Assembly (NCBI GenBank): GCA_965247115.1
Contig: CBDFGR010000003.1
Span: 1,856,001 to 1,920,000 of the forward strand
Source of the DNA: Myxococcota bacterium
GTDB taxonomy: Bacteria; Myxococcota_A; UBA9160; SZUA-336
Direction of reading: 5' to 3'
Length of the DNA stretch: 64,000 nucleotides
The notes under the pieces were generated by a model. The model was not told where the DNA came from, did not search any database, and worked only from the letters and a program-made list of their open reading frames with translations. Shown here in pieces: positions 27,336 to 36,905 of this stretch. Numbering within the stretch: the stretch's first letter is position 1; each line of letters begins with the position of its first letter. A program made the translations under genes and the position numbers.

Positions 27336-28787
27336 ATGAACGTGCGGACCATCCTCTGGCTGGTCGGCGTGGTGCTGGGGGTGGTGGCACTGGCGCAGAC
27401 TGCCAGCCTGGTCACGGCCGTCGTGCTCGGGGAGCCATGGCAGCCTTTTGCCGTTGCGGTGTGCCTCGGGGCTGGACTCGGAGCCCTGTGTCTCGTACCG
27501 GCGCGTGGCGCCGAGATGTCGCTCGACCATCGCTCGGCGTTCATGGCGGTTACGCTGGCCTGGGTTTCCGCCTGTCTCCTGGGGGCGGTTCCCCTGCTGA
27601 ACAACGAGAGCCTGCAGATCTCCGCCGTGAACGCCCTGTTCGAGGCCACCTCCGGCTTCACGACGACCGGCGCCACGGTCCTGTCCGGGGTCGACGCGCT
27701 GCCCCGGTCCGTCCTGCTCTGGCGGAGTCTCTCGCAGTGGATGGGTGGGCTCGGCATGGTGCTGCTCGGCATCGCTGTGTTCCCGATTCTGGGGCTGGGT
27801 GGCATGCAGCTCTTCAAGGCGGAGGGACCGGGACCCACGAAGGACAAGCTCACCCCGCGCATCGCCGAGACCGCAAAGCTGCTCTGGGTGCTCTACCTCG
27901 GGCTCACCGTCGTGGATGGCGGCCTGCTCTACCTCGGGGGAATGGGCCCTTTCGACGCCGTTTGCCACGCGATGACGACGATCTCCACCGGGGGCTTCTC
28001 GACGCACGACGCGTCTCTCGGCTTCTACAACTCCGGCTACATCAACGTCGTGACGTCGATCTTCATGCTGCTTGGAGGCACGAGCTTCGCGATCCTGCAC
28101 GCCTCGCTCACGCGTGGGATTCCGTGGGCCGATCATCCGGAGCTGCGGCTCTACTTCGGCATCTGCCTGCTCGTCGTGCTGCTGATCACGCTCGACCTGC
28201 GCTTCGGCAGCGGAGGCGCATACCCGGACACTCCGGAGGCACTGGAGCACGCGGCCTTCCAGACGGCCTCGATCCTCTCGACGACCGGGTTCTCCACGCA
28301 GGACTTCGATGTCTGGCCACCTCTCTCGCACGCCGCGATCCTCTTCCTCTGGTTCGTCGGAGGCATGGCCGGCTCCACGGCCGGGGGGGTCAAGGTGATT
28401 CGCGTGCTCGTGCTGATGCGACTCGCCTTCTCCCAGTTCTTTCGCCTGGTACATCCCCATGGCTACGGGACGATCAAGCTGAGAGGCACCACCGTCGACG
28501 ACGAGGTGCTGCTGAGCGTGCTCGGCTTCCTCGGCATGTGGGTCGTCGTTCTCGGTCTCGGAACCGCCACGCTCTGTGTGCTGGGCTCCGACCTGTATAC
28601 GGGCTTCTCGGCAGCTGCAGTCACGCTGGGGAACATCGGGCCGGGCTTCGGCGGTGCCGGCCCGGCCACGACCTTCGACCACTTCGAGCCAGCGGCAAAG
28701 CTCGTCACGAGCGGCCTCATGATCCTGGGACGGCTCGAGATCTACACGGCGCTCGTCATCCTCACACCCGGCTTCTGGCGGCGCTGA
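27336..28787 (+). CDS. trkH: Trk potassium uptake membrane protein
   Basis: FEATSGFTTTG, QWMGGLG, ISTGGFS, STTGF, GSTAGGVK, GNIGPG, GRLE. Confidence 0.93.
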   Translation: MNVRTILWLVGVVLGVVALAQTASLVTAVVLGEPWQPFAVAVCLGAGLGALCLVPARGAEMSLDHRSAFMAVTLAWVSACLLGAVPLLNNESLQISAVNALFEATSGFTTTGATVLSGVDALPRSVLLWRSLSQWMGGLGMVLLGIAVFPILGLGGMQLFKAEGPGPTKDKLTPRIAETAKLLWVLYLGLTVVDGGLLYLGGMGPFDAVCHAMTTISTGGFSTHDASLGFYNSGYINVVTSIFMLLGGTSFAILHASLTRGIPWADHPELRLYFGICLLVVLLITLDLRFGSGGAYPDTPEALEHAAFQTASILSTTGFSTQDFDVWPPLSHAAILFLWFVGGMAGSTAGGVKVIRVLVLMRLAFSQFFRLVHPHGYGTIKLRGTTVDDEVLLSVLGFLGMWVVVLGLGTATLCVLGSDLYTGFSAAAVTLGNIGPGFGGAGPATTFDHFEPAAKLVTSGLMILGRLEIYTALVILTPGFWRR

Positions 28788-28828
28788 TACCATTCGAACG
28801 TGTCCTCAAACAAGAGAAAGGCGCTTTC

Positions 28829-29881
28829 GTGACCGATATCCGTCTGACGCAGCTCGTGCCCGCAGGGGGGTGAGCCCGAAAACTGGGTGCTGAGGACCTG
28901 GTCCAGGTCCTGAACGCGATCGCACCTTTCGATCACCCGTGGGTCGACGCCGACGTGGGTCCCATGGAGGATGCGGCCCTCCTGCGCTCCGGAGACGGCC
29001 CTCCGCTCGCGTTCAGTGTCGACTTCATCACGCCCATCGTGGATGATCCCGAGACCTTCGGGGCCATCGCTGCGGCGAACTCCCTGTCCGATATCTACGC
29101 CATGGGAGGCGAGCCGCAGGTAGCGCTGGCCATCTGCGGCTTTCCGGAGGGAGACGTGCCTCGCGACGTGCTTGTGCAAATCTTCCGCGGAGGACGGGAC
29201 AAGGCGGCCGAGGCGGGCTGTGCAATCGTCGGCGGCCACACGGTAATCGACCCGGAGCTCAAGTACGGACTTTGCGTGCTGGGCTCGGTCGGCACCGCAG
29301 GCCTCTCTCAGAAGGGGACTCGCGTGGGCGATCGGCTGGTGCTCACGAAACCGATCGGAACGGGGATCGCCGCCCAGGCGATCAAGGGCCAGAGTCTGAG
29401 CGACGCAGAGCTTGCGCAGGTGGTGGCGGTCATGACCCGGCTCAACCGCGATGCGAAGGACGCGGCACTGGCGGCGCGAGCGAACGCCGCGACCGACGTG
29501 ACCGGGTTCGGTCTGCTCGGCCACCTGCACCATCTGCTCCTGGGTGGGGGCGTGGCCGCCCGCGTGTACGCGGACGCCGTCCCCGTCCTCGAGTTCGTCC
29601 GTCGGCTTGCGAGCGAGGGCATCACCCCCGGGGGGACCGTGCGGAATCTGGCCTACGTGGAGCCGCGGGCGAGCTTCGCCAGCGATCTGCCTGAGAGCGA
29701 GCGCCTGGTCCTGTGTGATGCGCAAACGTCCGGTGGGCTGCTGATCTCCGTGCCGCCCGAGCGTGAGTCCGAGCTGGTGTCGGCGCTTACGGAGCGTCAG
29801 TCGCTCGCAGCCGCCGTGATCGGAGAGGTGACCGAGGGCCCAGCGGGTTGGCTCGAGGTCGTCGCGGGGGGCATGCGATAG
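28829..29881 (+). CDS. selD: Selenophosphate synthetase, selenocysteine-containing (UGA at codon 15)
   Basis: VTDIRLTQLVPAGG-TGA(28871-28873)-ARKLG is in frame with VDFITP, AANSLSDIYAMGG, GGHT, LTKPIGTG, TDVTGFGLLGH and DAQTSGGLL. Confidence 0.92.
28893..28911 (+). promoter_or_regulatory. Candidate bacterial SECIS hairpin
   Basis: AGGACCTG-GTC-CAGGTCCT, a perfect 8-bp stem; the loop begins with G 27 nt after the UGA. Confidence 0.7.
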
Positions 29882-29903
29882 AATCCCCGCGGAGGCTCCC
29901 CCC

Positions 29904-30914
29904 ATGGCCGCGAGGAAGAAGGCCACCCGGAAGAAGTCGAGGCGAAAGGCGTCTTCCGCGCGAAAGCGCCTGATCCCGGCCAAGCAGAAGCGCGGTCTGC
30001 AGGGCGCCGAGGTCCTGATGGAGGTCTCGGCGCGCGAGATCGAGCCGCTGGCACAACAGGTCTCCGCCCTTGGAGGCGCTGCGATCGGCGCGTATCGGGA
30101 GCCCCTCTCCGGCAAGCCCCTGCTGCTCGCGGTGCTGCCGCTCGATGCTATCGCGCCGACGCCGTTCCAGCGTGACCTGTCGCCCACGCACACCAAGCGT
30201 TTAGCAAAGAAGATCGAGGAGAGCGGATCGTTCCTCGACCCGCTGATCGCCGTCCGAGGCGCGGACGGCATGTTGTGGACGCCGAACGGTCGACACCGAC
30301 TTGCAGCCGCCAAGCACCTCGGTCTGCGGTCGGTGACGGCGCTCGTCTCGCCCGACGAGAATCTGGCGTTCCGGATCCTCGCCCTCAACACAGAGAAGGC
30401 GCACAACCTCAAGGACCGCAGCCTGGAGGTGATCCGGATGGCGCGTGAGCTGGCGGTGCGGCGCAAGCGCGCGAAGGAGAGCGACTTCGAGGAGGAGTTC
30501 GAAGCGCCGTCACTCCTGACTCTCGGCATCGTGTACGAGCAGAACGGACGCTTTGCCGGCGGCGCCTACAGTCCGTTCCTGCGAAAGGTGGATCGCTTTG
30601 GCTCCAAGACGCTCGCGAAGTGCTTGCAGGAGCGCGAGGGCTGGTCCGCTCGACTGCTCGGCATCGATGAGCAGGTTACCCGGATCATCGGCGAGCTGCG
30701 CGAGCGAGGTTTTCGCTCGCCCTACCTTCGCAATCTCGTGGTGGCGCGCATCAACCCGGTGCGCTGGCACCGCGCGAAGAAGGGCGAGACCAAGCCACCG
30801 ATGGCGCTCGGAGCCGCTCTCACGCGCATGTCTGCGTCGGCTAGGAAGTTCGACGCGGGCACCGTTCGGGAGAGCGACCTGGCCCTAGTGGCAGCCGTCG
30901 CGGACTCCGATTGA
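29904..30914 (+). CDS. ParB/Srx N-terminal domain protein
   Basis: PTPFQRDL, DPLIAVR, TPNGRHRLAAA, LALNTE; Lys/Arg-rich N-terminal tail. Confidence 0.75.
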   Translation: MAARKKATRKKSRRKASSARKRLIPAKQKRGLQGAEVLMEVSAREIEPLAQQVSALGGAAIGAYREPLSGKPLLLAVLPLDAIAPTPFQRDLSPTHTKRLAKKIEESGSFLDPLIAVRGADGMLWTPNGRHRLAAAKHLGLRSVTALVSPDENLAFRILALNTEKAHNLKDRSLEVIRMARELAVRRKRAKESDFEEEFEAPSLLTLGIVYEQNGRFAGGAYSPFLRKVDRFGSKTLAKCLQEREGWSARLLGIDEQVTRIIGELRERGFRSPYLRNLVVARINPVRWHRAKKGETKPPMALGAALTRMSASARKFDAGTVRESDLALVAAVADSD

Positions 30915-31189
30915 CGCAAAGGCGCGTACACGTAGTCGTGTCGGGTCGGGTACAGGGAGTCTTCTACCGCGATACCCTGTGCCGCCGCGCGAACGAGCTC
31001 GGCGTGTCCGGCTGGGTGCGGAACACGGCAGACGGTCGGGTCGAGGCCGTCTTCGAGGGCGACGACGCCGCCGTAACCAATGCGATCGGTTACGCGCGCG
31101 AGGGCCCGCCCTTCGCGCGTGTCTCAGACATCGAGCTCGTGGAAGAGCCCGTGACCGGCGAGCACGGTCGCTTCGAGATTCGTCATTGA
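30911..31189 (+). CDS. acyP: Acylphosphatase
   Basis: SGRVQGVFYR, GWVRN, GRVE, GPP. Confidence 0.92.
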   Translation: MTQRRVHVVVSGRVQGVFYRDTLCRRANELGVSGWVRNTADGRVEAVFEGDDAAVTNAIGYAREGPPFARVSDIELVEEPVTGEHGRFEIRH

Positions 31190-32157
31190 GCCGGCGTATC
31201 GCGATCACAGGGGCCTCCGGACTGATCGGGCGATGTCTCCAGACCGCGCTTGCGAAGGCCGGGGAGCAGGTCGTGTGCCTCGTACGGGGTGGCACGCAGC
31301 TCGCTCCGCATGAGCGCGTCTGGAACCCGGCCGCGGGTGAGCTCGACCCGGCGCAGCTCGACGGAATCGACGCGGTCGTCCATCTGGCGGGCGAGCCGAT
31401 CGCGCCGGGGCGCTGGACGGCGCGCAGGAAGCGCGAGATTCTCGAGAGTCGGACCGGCAGCACACGCCTGCTCAGCGAGGTCCTCGCGCGTCTGACGACG
31501 CCCCCCTCCGTTCTGATCTCCGCGTCTGCAATCGGCTACTACGGGAACCGAGGCGATGCCCGCCTCGACGAGGAGAGCGGCCCGGGCAGCGGCTTCCTGG
31601 CCGAGGTATGCCTCGCATGGGAGCAGGCGGTCGAGCCGGCTCGACGCGCGGGCATCCGCGTCGCCATTCCCCGGATCGGCGTGGTGCTCGCGCGCCACGG
31701 AGGCGCGCTGGCGCCGCTACTGCTGCCGTTCCGACTCGGGCTGGGTGGCCGCCTTGGGCACGGCCGTCAGTACATGAGCTGGATCCACATCGACGACCTC
31801 GTCGCCGCCTTCCAGCACGCGCTCGACCAACCCGATCTCGAGGGTCCCTTCAACGCCGTCGCTCCGAACCCCGTCCCCAACACCGAGTTCACCAAGACCC
31901 TCGCCCGAGTCCTCCACCGCCCCGCTTTCCTGCCCATCCCCGTCCCAATCCTCCGTCTCGCCCTGGGCGAGCTCGCAGAACCCCTCCTCCTCGACAGCAC
32001 CCGTCTCACCCCCTCTCGCCTCGAGTCCACCGACTTCCGCTTCACCCACCCCAAGCTGGAAGAAGCCCTGAGCTCCCTACTGACCCCACCCCGCCCACCC
32101 CCCCCCCGCACTCGACTCGCGACTAGAATAGAAAGCTCGACTAAGCACTGTCGTTGA
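31186..32157 (+). CDS. TIGR01777-like (YfcH/SDR39U1) NAD-dependent epimerase family
   Basis: ITGASGLIG, VHLAGE, SASAIGYYG, RIGVVL, MSWIH, NAVAP; TTG start at 31186; 3' end uncertain near a C10 tract. Confidence 0.88.
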   Translation: MSRRIAITGASGLIGRCLQTALAKAGEQVVCLVRGGTQLAPHERVWNPAAGELDPAQLDGIDAVVHLAGEPIAPGRWTARRKREILESRTGSTRLLSEVLARLTTPPSVLISASAIGYYGNRGDARLDEESGPGSGFLAEVCLAWEQAVEPARRAGIRVAIPRIGVVLARHGGALAPLLLPFRLGLGGRLGHGRQYMSWIHIDDLVAAFQHALDQPDLEGPFNAVAPNPVPNTEFTKTLARVLHRPAFLPIPVPILRLALGELAEPLLLDSTRLTPSRLESTDFRFTHPKLEEALSSLLTPPRPPPPRTRLATRIESSTKHCR

Positions 32158-32194
32158 GTTCGGTCCGCCTTGTCCGATGCCGGCCAGGCAAGGA

Positions 32195-32306
32195 GTCGGA
32201 GGCCGGGCACGTCCCCCGACGGACTGTGGTAGCGGTACCCGAGGCGAGCAGGCCCTCTGTGCACGCAAGGAGCGGAGTCCGCCGGGGGACGTGCCCGGCC
32301 TCCGAC
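32195..32306. repeat. 31-bp inverted repeat with 50-nt spacer between convergent genes
   Basis: Arms 32195-32225 and 32276-32306 match at 30 of 31 positions. Confidence 0.85.
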
Positions 32307-32328
32307 GGCGTGGCGCCGGGCCCTGGCT

Positions 32329-32889
32329 CTAATGAACCCCGCTAGCTGGAACGAGGGCGCTCGGGTCGATATTGAGCCTGCGGAGTGCGGCCTCCCACAT
32401 CTCGTCGTGCGGCGTGGCAAAGATCAAGTCGGCAGAGGCATCCGACAGCAGCCAGGAGCCCTCTGCGAGCTCGCCCTCGAGCTGGCCCGCCTCCCAACCC
32501 GCGTAGCCCAGCATGAAGCGGATTCGTTCGGGCGGCTGCTCGGCCAGCTGACCCAGAACTTTGGCGGAGGTAGAGATCGCCAGGCCGGGGGTCAGTCGGA
32601 GCGTGTCCTTGGCATCGGTCCCACTCACAGGCTCATGCAGCAGCCAGCCCGTCTCCGGCCGTACGGGTCCGCCGCAGAAGACGAGGGCGTCCGGGTCCCC
32701 GTTCCAGCCGATCTCGAGGTGATGCATCACCGTGCTGACGCGCGTGTCTACTGGCCGGTTGACCACCACACCGAACGAGCCCAACCCGTTCTGGTGCTCG
32801 ATCATCAGCACCACAGTGCGATGGAAGTTCGGATCTACCAGCTGAGGCATGGCGAGCAGCAGCCCCGGGGCGATGGTCTGGTGGCTCAT
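32329..32889 (-). CDS. YqgE/AlgH family protein
   Basis: LLLAMP, DPNFHRTV, GVVVNRP, GGPV, LGYAGWEAGQLE. Confidence 0.92.
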   Translation of the reverse strand: MSHQTIAPGLLLAMPQLVDPNFHRTVVLMIEHQNGLGSFGVVVNRPVDTRVSTVMHHLEIGWNGDPDALVFCGGPVRPETGWLLHEPVSGTDAKDTLRLTPGLAISTSAKVLGQLAEQPPERIRFMLGYAGWEAGQLEGELAEGSWLLSDASADLIFATPHDEMWEAALRRLNIDPSALVPASGVH

Positions 32890-33001
32890 CCCGTGGTCCT
32901 TCCAGGGCGAGTTTATCGCGAGCGGTCCGGCACTGCCCGGGCCCTGGACGGTCGAGGATCGGCGCCTGACGCGAGGCCCGTGCGCCGCTACTCTGGCCGG
33001 C

Positions 33002-34315
33002 ATGTCGGAGCTCGTGCGCGACTTGATCGCGTTCATCGATGCGTCCCCCACGCCCTACCACGCGGTGGCGGAGTCTGCGCGGCGTTTGCAGGCTGCAGGC
33101 TATCGGCTCATGGGGGAAGACGAGGTCTGGGATCTGTCGCCGGGAGATCGCCGCTTCGCGATTCGGGGAGGAGGCAGTCTGATCGCCTTCGAGGTAGGCT
33201 CGGAGTCCCCCGCGAGCGGTGGCTTCCGGATCATCGGGGCGCACACGGACTCGCCGAACCTGCGGCTCAAGCCGCTTGCCGACGTCTCTGCGCACGGCTA
33301 CCGCCAGCTCGCGGTCGAGACCTACGGTGGTCTCTTGCTCCACACCTGGCTCGATCGGGATCTCTCGATCGCGGGCCGGGTCACGCTGCGGGACGGCCCC
33401 GCACCCAGGACGGAGCTGCTCGACTTCGCGCGGCCCCTGCTTCGAATACCCAACCTCGCCATCCATCTATATCGAGAGGTGAAGAGCGAAGGACTCAAGC
33501 TGAACGCGCAGCAGCACGGGGTTCCGGTTGCCGGGCTGGATGACGCGCCTGTCCTGGATGAGCTGGTCGCGCGGGAGCTTCGCGCACAGGACATCGCGAG
33601 TGTGGAGCCGGCCGAGATCCTCGCCTTCGATCTCATGCTGTACGATGCACAGCCCTCAGCTCTCGTAGGCATCGACGGCGCCTTCATCAGCGCGCCGCGT
33701 CTCGACAACCTTGCGTCGTGCCATGCCGGCATCTGCTCGCTCGTGAGCTGCGAGCCAGGCGCGCTGCCGCCCTTCACACGCGCGCTCGTTCTCTACGACC
33801 ACGAAGAGGTCGGCAGTCGCAGCGCGCAGGGCGCGGGAGGCACGCTGCTCCACGATGGGCTCGAGCGCATGGTCTCCGGCTTCAAGGGTGGCGAGCCGCA
33901 AGGTCTGCCGCGCGCGCTCTCGCGCTCGTTGCTGATCTCCGCCGACATGGCGCACGCGGTCCACCCGAACTACGCAGACAAGCACGAGGCTGGGCATCGT
34001 CCCGTGCTGGGCCGCGGCCCCGTGATCAAGATCAACGCGGACCAGGCCTATGCCAGCGATGGTCTCAGCGCTGGCATCTTTGCGTCGCTGTGCAGCGAGG
34101 CCGGCGTCGAGCCCCAGCACTTTGTCAGCCGCAACGACCTGCCCTGCGGGTCGACCATAGGGCCGATCAGCGCGGCCCGCGTGGGGATCTCGGCCGTCGA
34201 CGTAGGCAATCCCATGCTCTCGATGCACTCCTGCCGCGAGCTGGCGGGCAGCGCAGATGTCGAGCCCATGATCTCCGTGTTGCAGGGGTTCTACCAAGGG
34301 GGAGGTGTTCGGTGA
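33002..34315 (+). CDS. apeB: M18 family aminopeptidase
   Basis: SPTPYH, GAHTDSP, WLDRDL, RLDNL, DHEEVGS, SADMAHA, CGSTIGP, SMHS. Confidence 0.92.
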   Translation: MSELVRDLIAFIDASPTPYHAVAESARRLQAAGYRLMGEDEVWDLSPGDRRFAIRGGGSLIAFEVGSESPASGGFRIIGAHTDSPNLRLKPLADVSAHGYRQLAVETYGGLLLHTWLDRDLSIAGRVTLRDGPAPRTELLDFARPLLRIPNLAIHLYREVKSEGLKLNAQQHGVPVAGLDDAPVLDELVARELRAQDIASVEPAEILAFDLMLYDAQPSALVGIDGAFISAPRLDNLASCHAGICSLVSCEPGALPPFTRALVLYDHEEVGSRSAQGAGGTLLHDGLERMVSGFKGGEPQGLPRALSRSLLISADMAHAVHPNYADKHEAGHRPVLGRGPVIKINADQAYASDGLSAGIFASLCSEAGVEPQHFVSRNDLPCGSTIGPISAARVGISAVDVGNPMLSMHSCRELAGSADVEPMISVLQGFYQGGGVR

Positions 34316-35205
34316 AGCACTGGCATGTTGCACTCGCGCTCGTCGCATTCGGAGCGCTACTCGGCTGTACGGGTGCGGAGACTGCGCAGCAAGGCGTGAA
34401 CGAGGCCGCGGAGGAGACGAGGGAGGCCCGGGTCGCCGACGCCAAGGAAAACCTCGAGATCCTGCGCGAGGACTACCCAGACGACCTCGAAGTCCGCGTT
34501 CAGCTCGCGGATGTGTACTATCAGGAGGCCCGCCTCGCGCTCGAGGCGGGCGATCAGGCCGAGTACCTGCGTCTCCTGGGAGCTGCGCAGGACGAGCTCA
34601 TCGCGGCGGTAGCCATCGATCCCGCGGCCGCGGCGCCGCACACGTGGATGGGGATCGTAGCCGCCTACAGGGGGGATCTGGACACGGCCGTGGAGAGCTT
34701 CCAGAACGCGAGCCGCCTCGCCCCCGTACAGGGCGTCAGCTACACGAACCTCGCGCACGTCTGGGTCTACAAGGGCAGGCTCTCCCGGGCGCGTACGCTG
34801 CTCGACAAGGGCCGCAAGCTGCGCGGCCCGCCGGACGAGATCGATCGCATCGAGATCCTGGCCGCGTGGCGCGGCGGAGACTTCATCGAGGCGCGGGACG
34901 TCTTCGACATGGCGCTCGACAACCCAGGCTTCGCGGACAGCTGGGACGGCGCGGCGCTGCCGAAGCGGATGGAGTCCTTCGACGACTTCGCGAACGTCTG
35001 CTGCGCGAATCCGTCGTGCGGTCCAAACATGGGCAGCGCGTGTCGTCTAGCGCAGATCGAGGTGGCGAAGCGCGAGCTCGAGGAGGAGACCGTCCGCCAG
35101 GAGCTCCAGCTGGAGATGGAACGCAGGCGCAAGCTCCGAGAGATCTACGAGCGCCGTCGTGACCTGGAGATCACCATCGAGGCGCCCGAAGAGGACACCG
35201 AATAG
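34312..35205 (+). CDS. TPR-repeat lipoprotein
   Basis: Lipobox LLGC; TPR-like helices; CC-x4-C-x7-C cluster; charged C-terminal coil. Confidence 0.75.
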   Translation: MKHWHVALALVAFGALLGCTGAETAQQGVNEAAEETREARVADAKENLEILREDYPDDLEVRVQLADVYYQEARLALEAGDQAEYLRLLGAAQDELIAAVAIDPAAAAPHTWMGIVAAYRGDLDTAVESFQNASRLAPVQGVSYTNLAHVWVYKGRLSRARTLLDKGRKLRGPPDEIDRIEILAAWRGGDFIEARDVFDMALDNPGFADSWDGAALPKRMESFDDFANVCCANPSCGPNMGSACRLAQIEVAKRELEEETVRQELQLEMERRRKLREIYERRRDLEITIEAPEEDTE

Positions 35206-35217
35206 CGGCGCGACCTG

Positions 35218-36612
35218 CTAGAGCTCTCGGAGCGACACGAGCACGGATTCGATGGTCGCTTTCGCGTCGCCAAAGAGCATCATCGTCTGCGCTTTGGTGT
35301 AGAGCGGGTTGTCGATTCCGGCAAAGCCAGGGTTCATGCTGCGCTTGCACACCATGACTGTCTTGGCGCGCTCAACGTCCAGAATGGGCATGCCGTAGAT
35401 GGGGCTCGCTGGGTTCTCGTGTGCGTCGGGATTGGTCACATCGTTCGCCCCGATGACGAGGGCCACGTCGGTGTGAGGAAAGGAGCTGTTGATCTCGTCC
35501 ATCTCCACGAGCTGCTCGTACGGGACGTCCGCCTCCGCAAGCAGGACGTTCATGTGTCCTGGCATCCTTCCCGCCACGGGGTGGATCGCGTAGCGAACCT
35601 CGACGTTCCGTTCCAGCAGCAGGTCGGCGAGCTCGCGCACTACGTGCTGGGCTTGCGCGACCGCCAGCCCGTAGCCCGGCACGATGATGACGAAGCGCGC
35701 AGCGTCCAGAATGGCGGCCGCGTCGTCCGCGGAGCCGCTCTTCACCGGGCCCGACGATCCCGCCACAAGCGCGGCCGCTTCGACGGTCTCGGCTCCAAAG
35801 GCGCCAAAGATCACGTTCGTGAGCGACCGGTTCATGGCCTTGCACATGATCCACGTCAGGATGATCCCGGAGGCGCCGACGAGCGAGCCGCTGATGATCA
35901 GCACCTGGTTCTCCAGGATGAACCCGGTCGCGCACGCGGCGAGACCGGAAGCCGAGTTCAAGAGCGAGATCACAACGGGCATGTCCGCGCCGCCGATCGG
36001 AATCACCAGCATGACTCCCAGCAGCGCGGAGACCGCGAACAGTCCCCAATAGAACTCGAGGCCCTGTGGCTGTACCGTCACCGTCACCGCGAGGACGAGC
36101 ATCCCCAGACCGAGCACCGCGTTCAGAAGCTGCTGCCCGGTGAACACCAGCGGTCGTCCTGTCATGATCTCCTGCAGCTTCGCGAAGGCCACCAGACTCC
36201 CGGTGAGGGTGACCGCTCCGATCAGCGTTCCCAGCACGATCGGGATCGAGACGATGAGAGGTGGCGCTGCGCCGGCTCCCACCTGGCGAACAAGCTCCGC
36301 CGCCGCGACCAGGGCAGAGGCGGCCCCGCCGAGCCCGTTGAATACCGCCACCATCTGAGGCATGGCGGTCATGCGCACGCGTGCTGCCGCGATGGCACCG
36401 ATCGTGCCACCGATGACGACGCCGGCCACGATTCCCCGGAAGTCCACGATCTCGTGATGGGAGAGGGTGGCGACAATCGCCACGCCCATACCCACGGCGG
36501 AGAGCAGATTCCCGCTCCGCGCGGTGCGAGGCGAGCTCAGGCGCTTGATCCCGAGGACGAACAGCACAGAAGCGACGAGGTACGCGGAGGCGATCAGAGT
36601 CTGGCCCGTCAC
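35218..36612 (-). CDS. pntB: NAD(P) transhydrogenase beta subunit
   Basis: MTAMPQMVA, IGGADMPV, CKAMNRS, PGYGLAVAQAQH, HPVAGRMPGHMN. Confidence 0.96.
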   Translation of the reverse strand: MTGQTLIASAYLVASVLFVLGIKRLSSPRTARSGNLLSAVGMGVAIVATLSHHEIVDFRGIVAGVVIGGTIGAIAAARVRMTAMPQMVAVFNGLGGAASALVAAAELVRQVGAGAAPPLIVSIPIVLGTLIGAVTLTGSLVAFAKLQEIMTGRPLVFTGQQLLNAVLGLGMLVLAVTVTVQPQGLEFYWGLFAVSALLGVMLVIPIGGADMPVVISLLNSASGLAACATGFILENQVLIISGSLVGASGIILTWIMCKAMNRSLTNVIFGAFGAETVEAAALVAGSSGPVKSGSADDAAAILDAARFVIIVPGYGLAVAQAQHVVRELADLLLERNVEVRYAIHPVAGRMPGHMNVLLAEADVPYEQLVEMDEINSSFPHTDVALVIGANDVTNPDAHENPASPIYGMPILDVERAKTVMVCKRSMNPGFAGIDNPLYTKAQTMMLFGDAKATIESVLVSLREL

Positions 36613-36905
36613 CGGTGTCTCTCATCCTTGCTCTTGAACATCCCCAGCATGCGGTTCGTGACCAGGAATCCACCGACCACATTCACGGTCGCCAGCGTCA
36701 CCGCGAGGGTTCCCAGCGCGGTGGCGAGGGCGGTGTCGCGTGCTCCGGACGCGATCAGTGCGCCGATGATCGCGATGCCGGAGATCGCGTTCGAGCCGGA
36801 CATCAACGGCGTATGCAGCGTGGGCGGCACCTTGGTGATCAGCTCGAAGCCCACGAACAGCGCGAGCACGAAGATCGTGACCACGAGGATGAAGTTGGTG
36901 TCCAT
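36609..36905 (-). CDS. pntA: NAD(P) transhydrogenase alpha subunit part 2
   Basis: VPPTLHTPLMSGSNAISG, NVVGGFLVTNRML. Confidence 0.93.
   Translation of the reverse strand: MDTNFILVVTIFVLALFVGFELITKVPPTLHTPLMSGSNAISGIAIIGALIASGARDTALATALGTLAVTLATVNVVGGFLVTNRMLGMFKSKDERHR

Noticed and set aside
24856..29881. Selenoneine (sen) cluster from egtD plus selD proximity
   Set aside because: No egtB/senA or senB glycosyltransferase is present; the genes are on opposite strands and separated by unrelated genes.
25897..30914. Anti-phage defence island from EEP nuclease plus ParB-like gene
   Set aside because: The genes are embedded among housekeeping genes with host-like composition and no recognisable defence partners.
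32098..32107. C10 tract as a phase-variation switch
   Set aside because: It lies after the end of the conserved epimerase domain, so length changes would alter only a short tail.
32195..32306. SRP (4.5S) or 6S RNA
   Set aside because: The SRP domain IV motif is not found on either strand, and the size and bubble do not clearly fit 6S.
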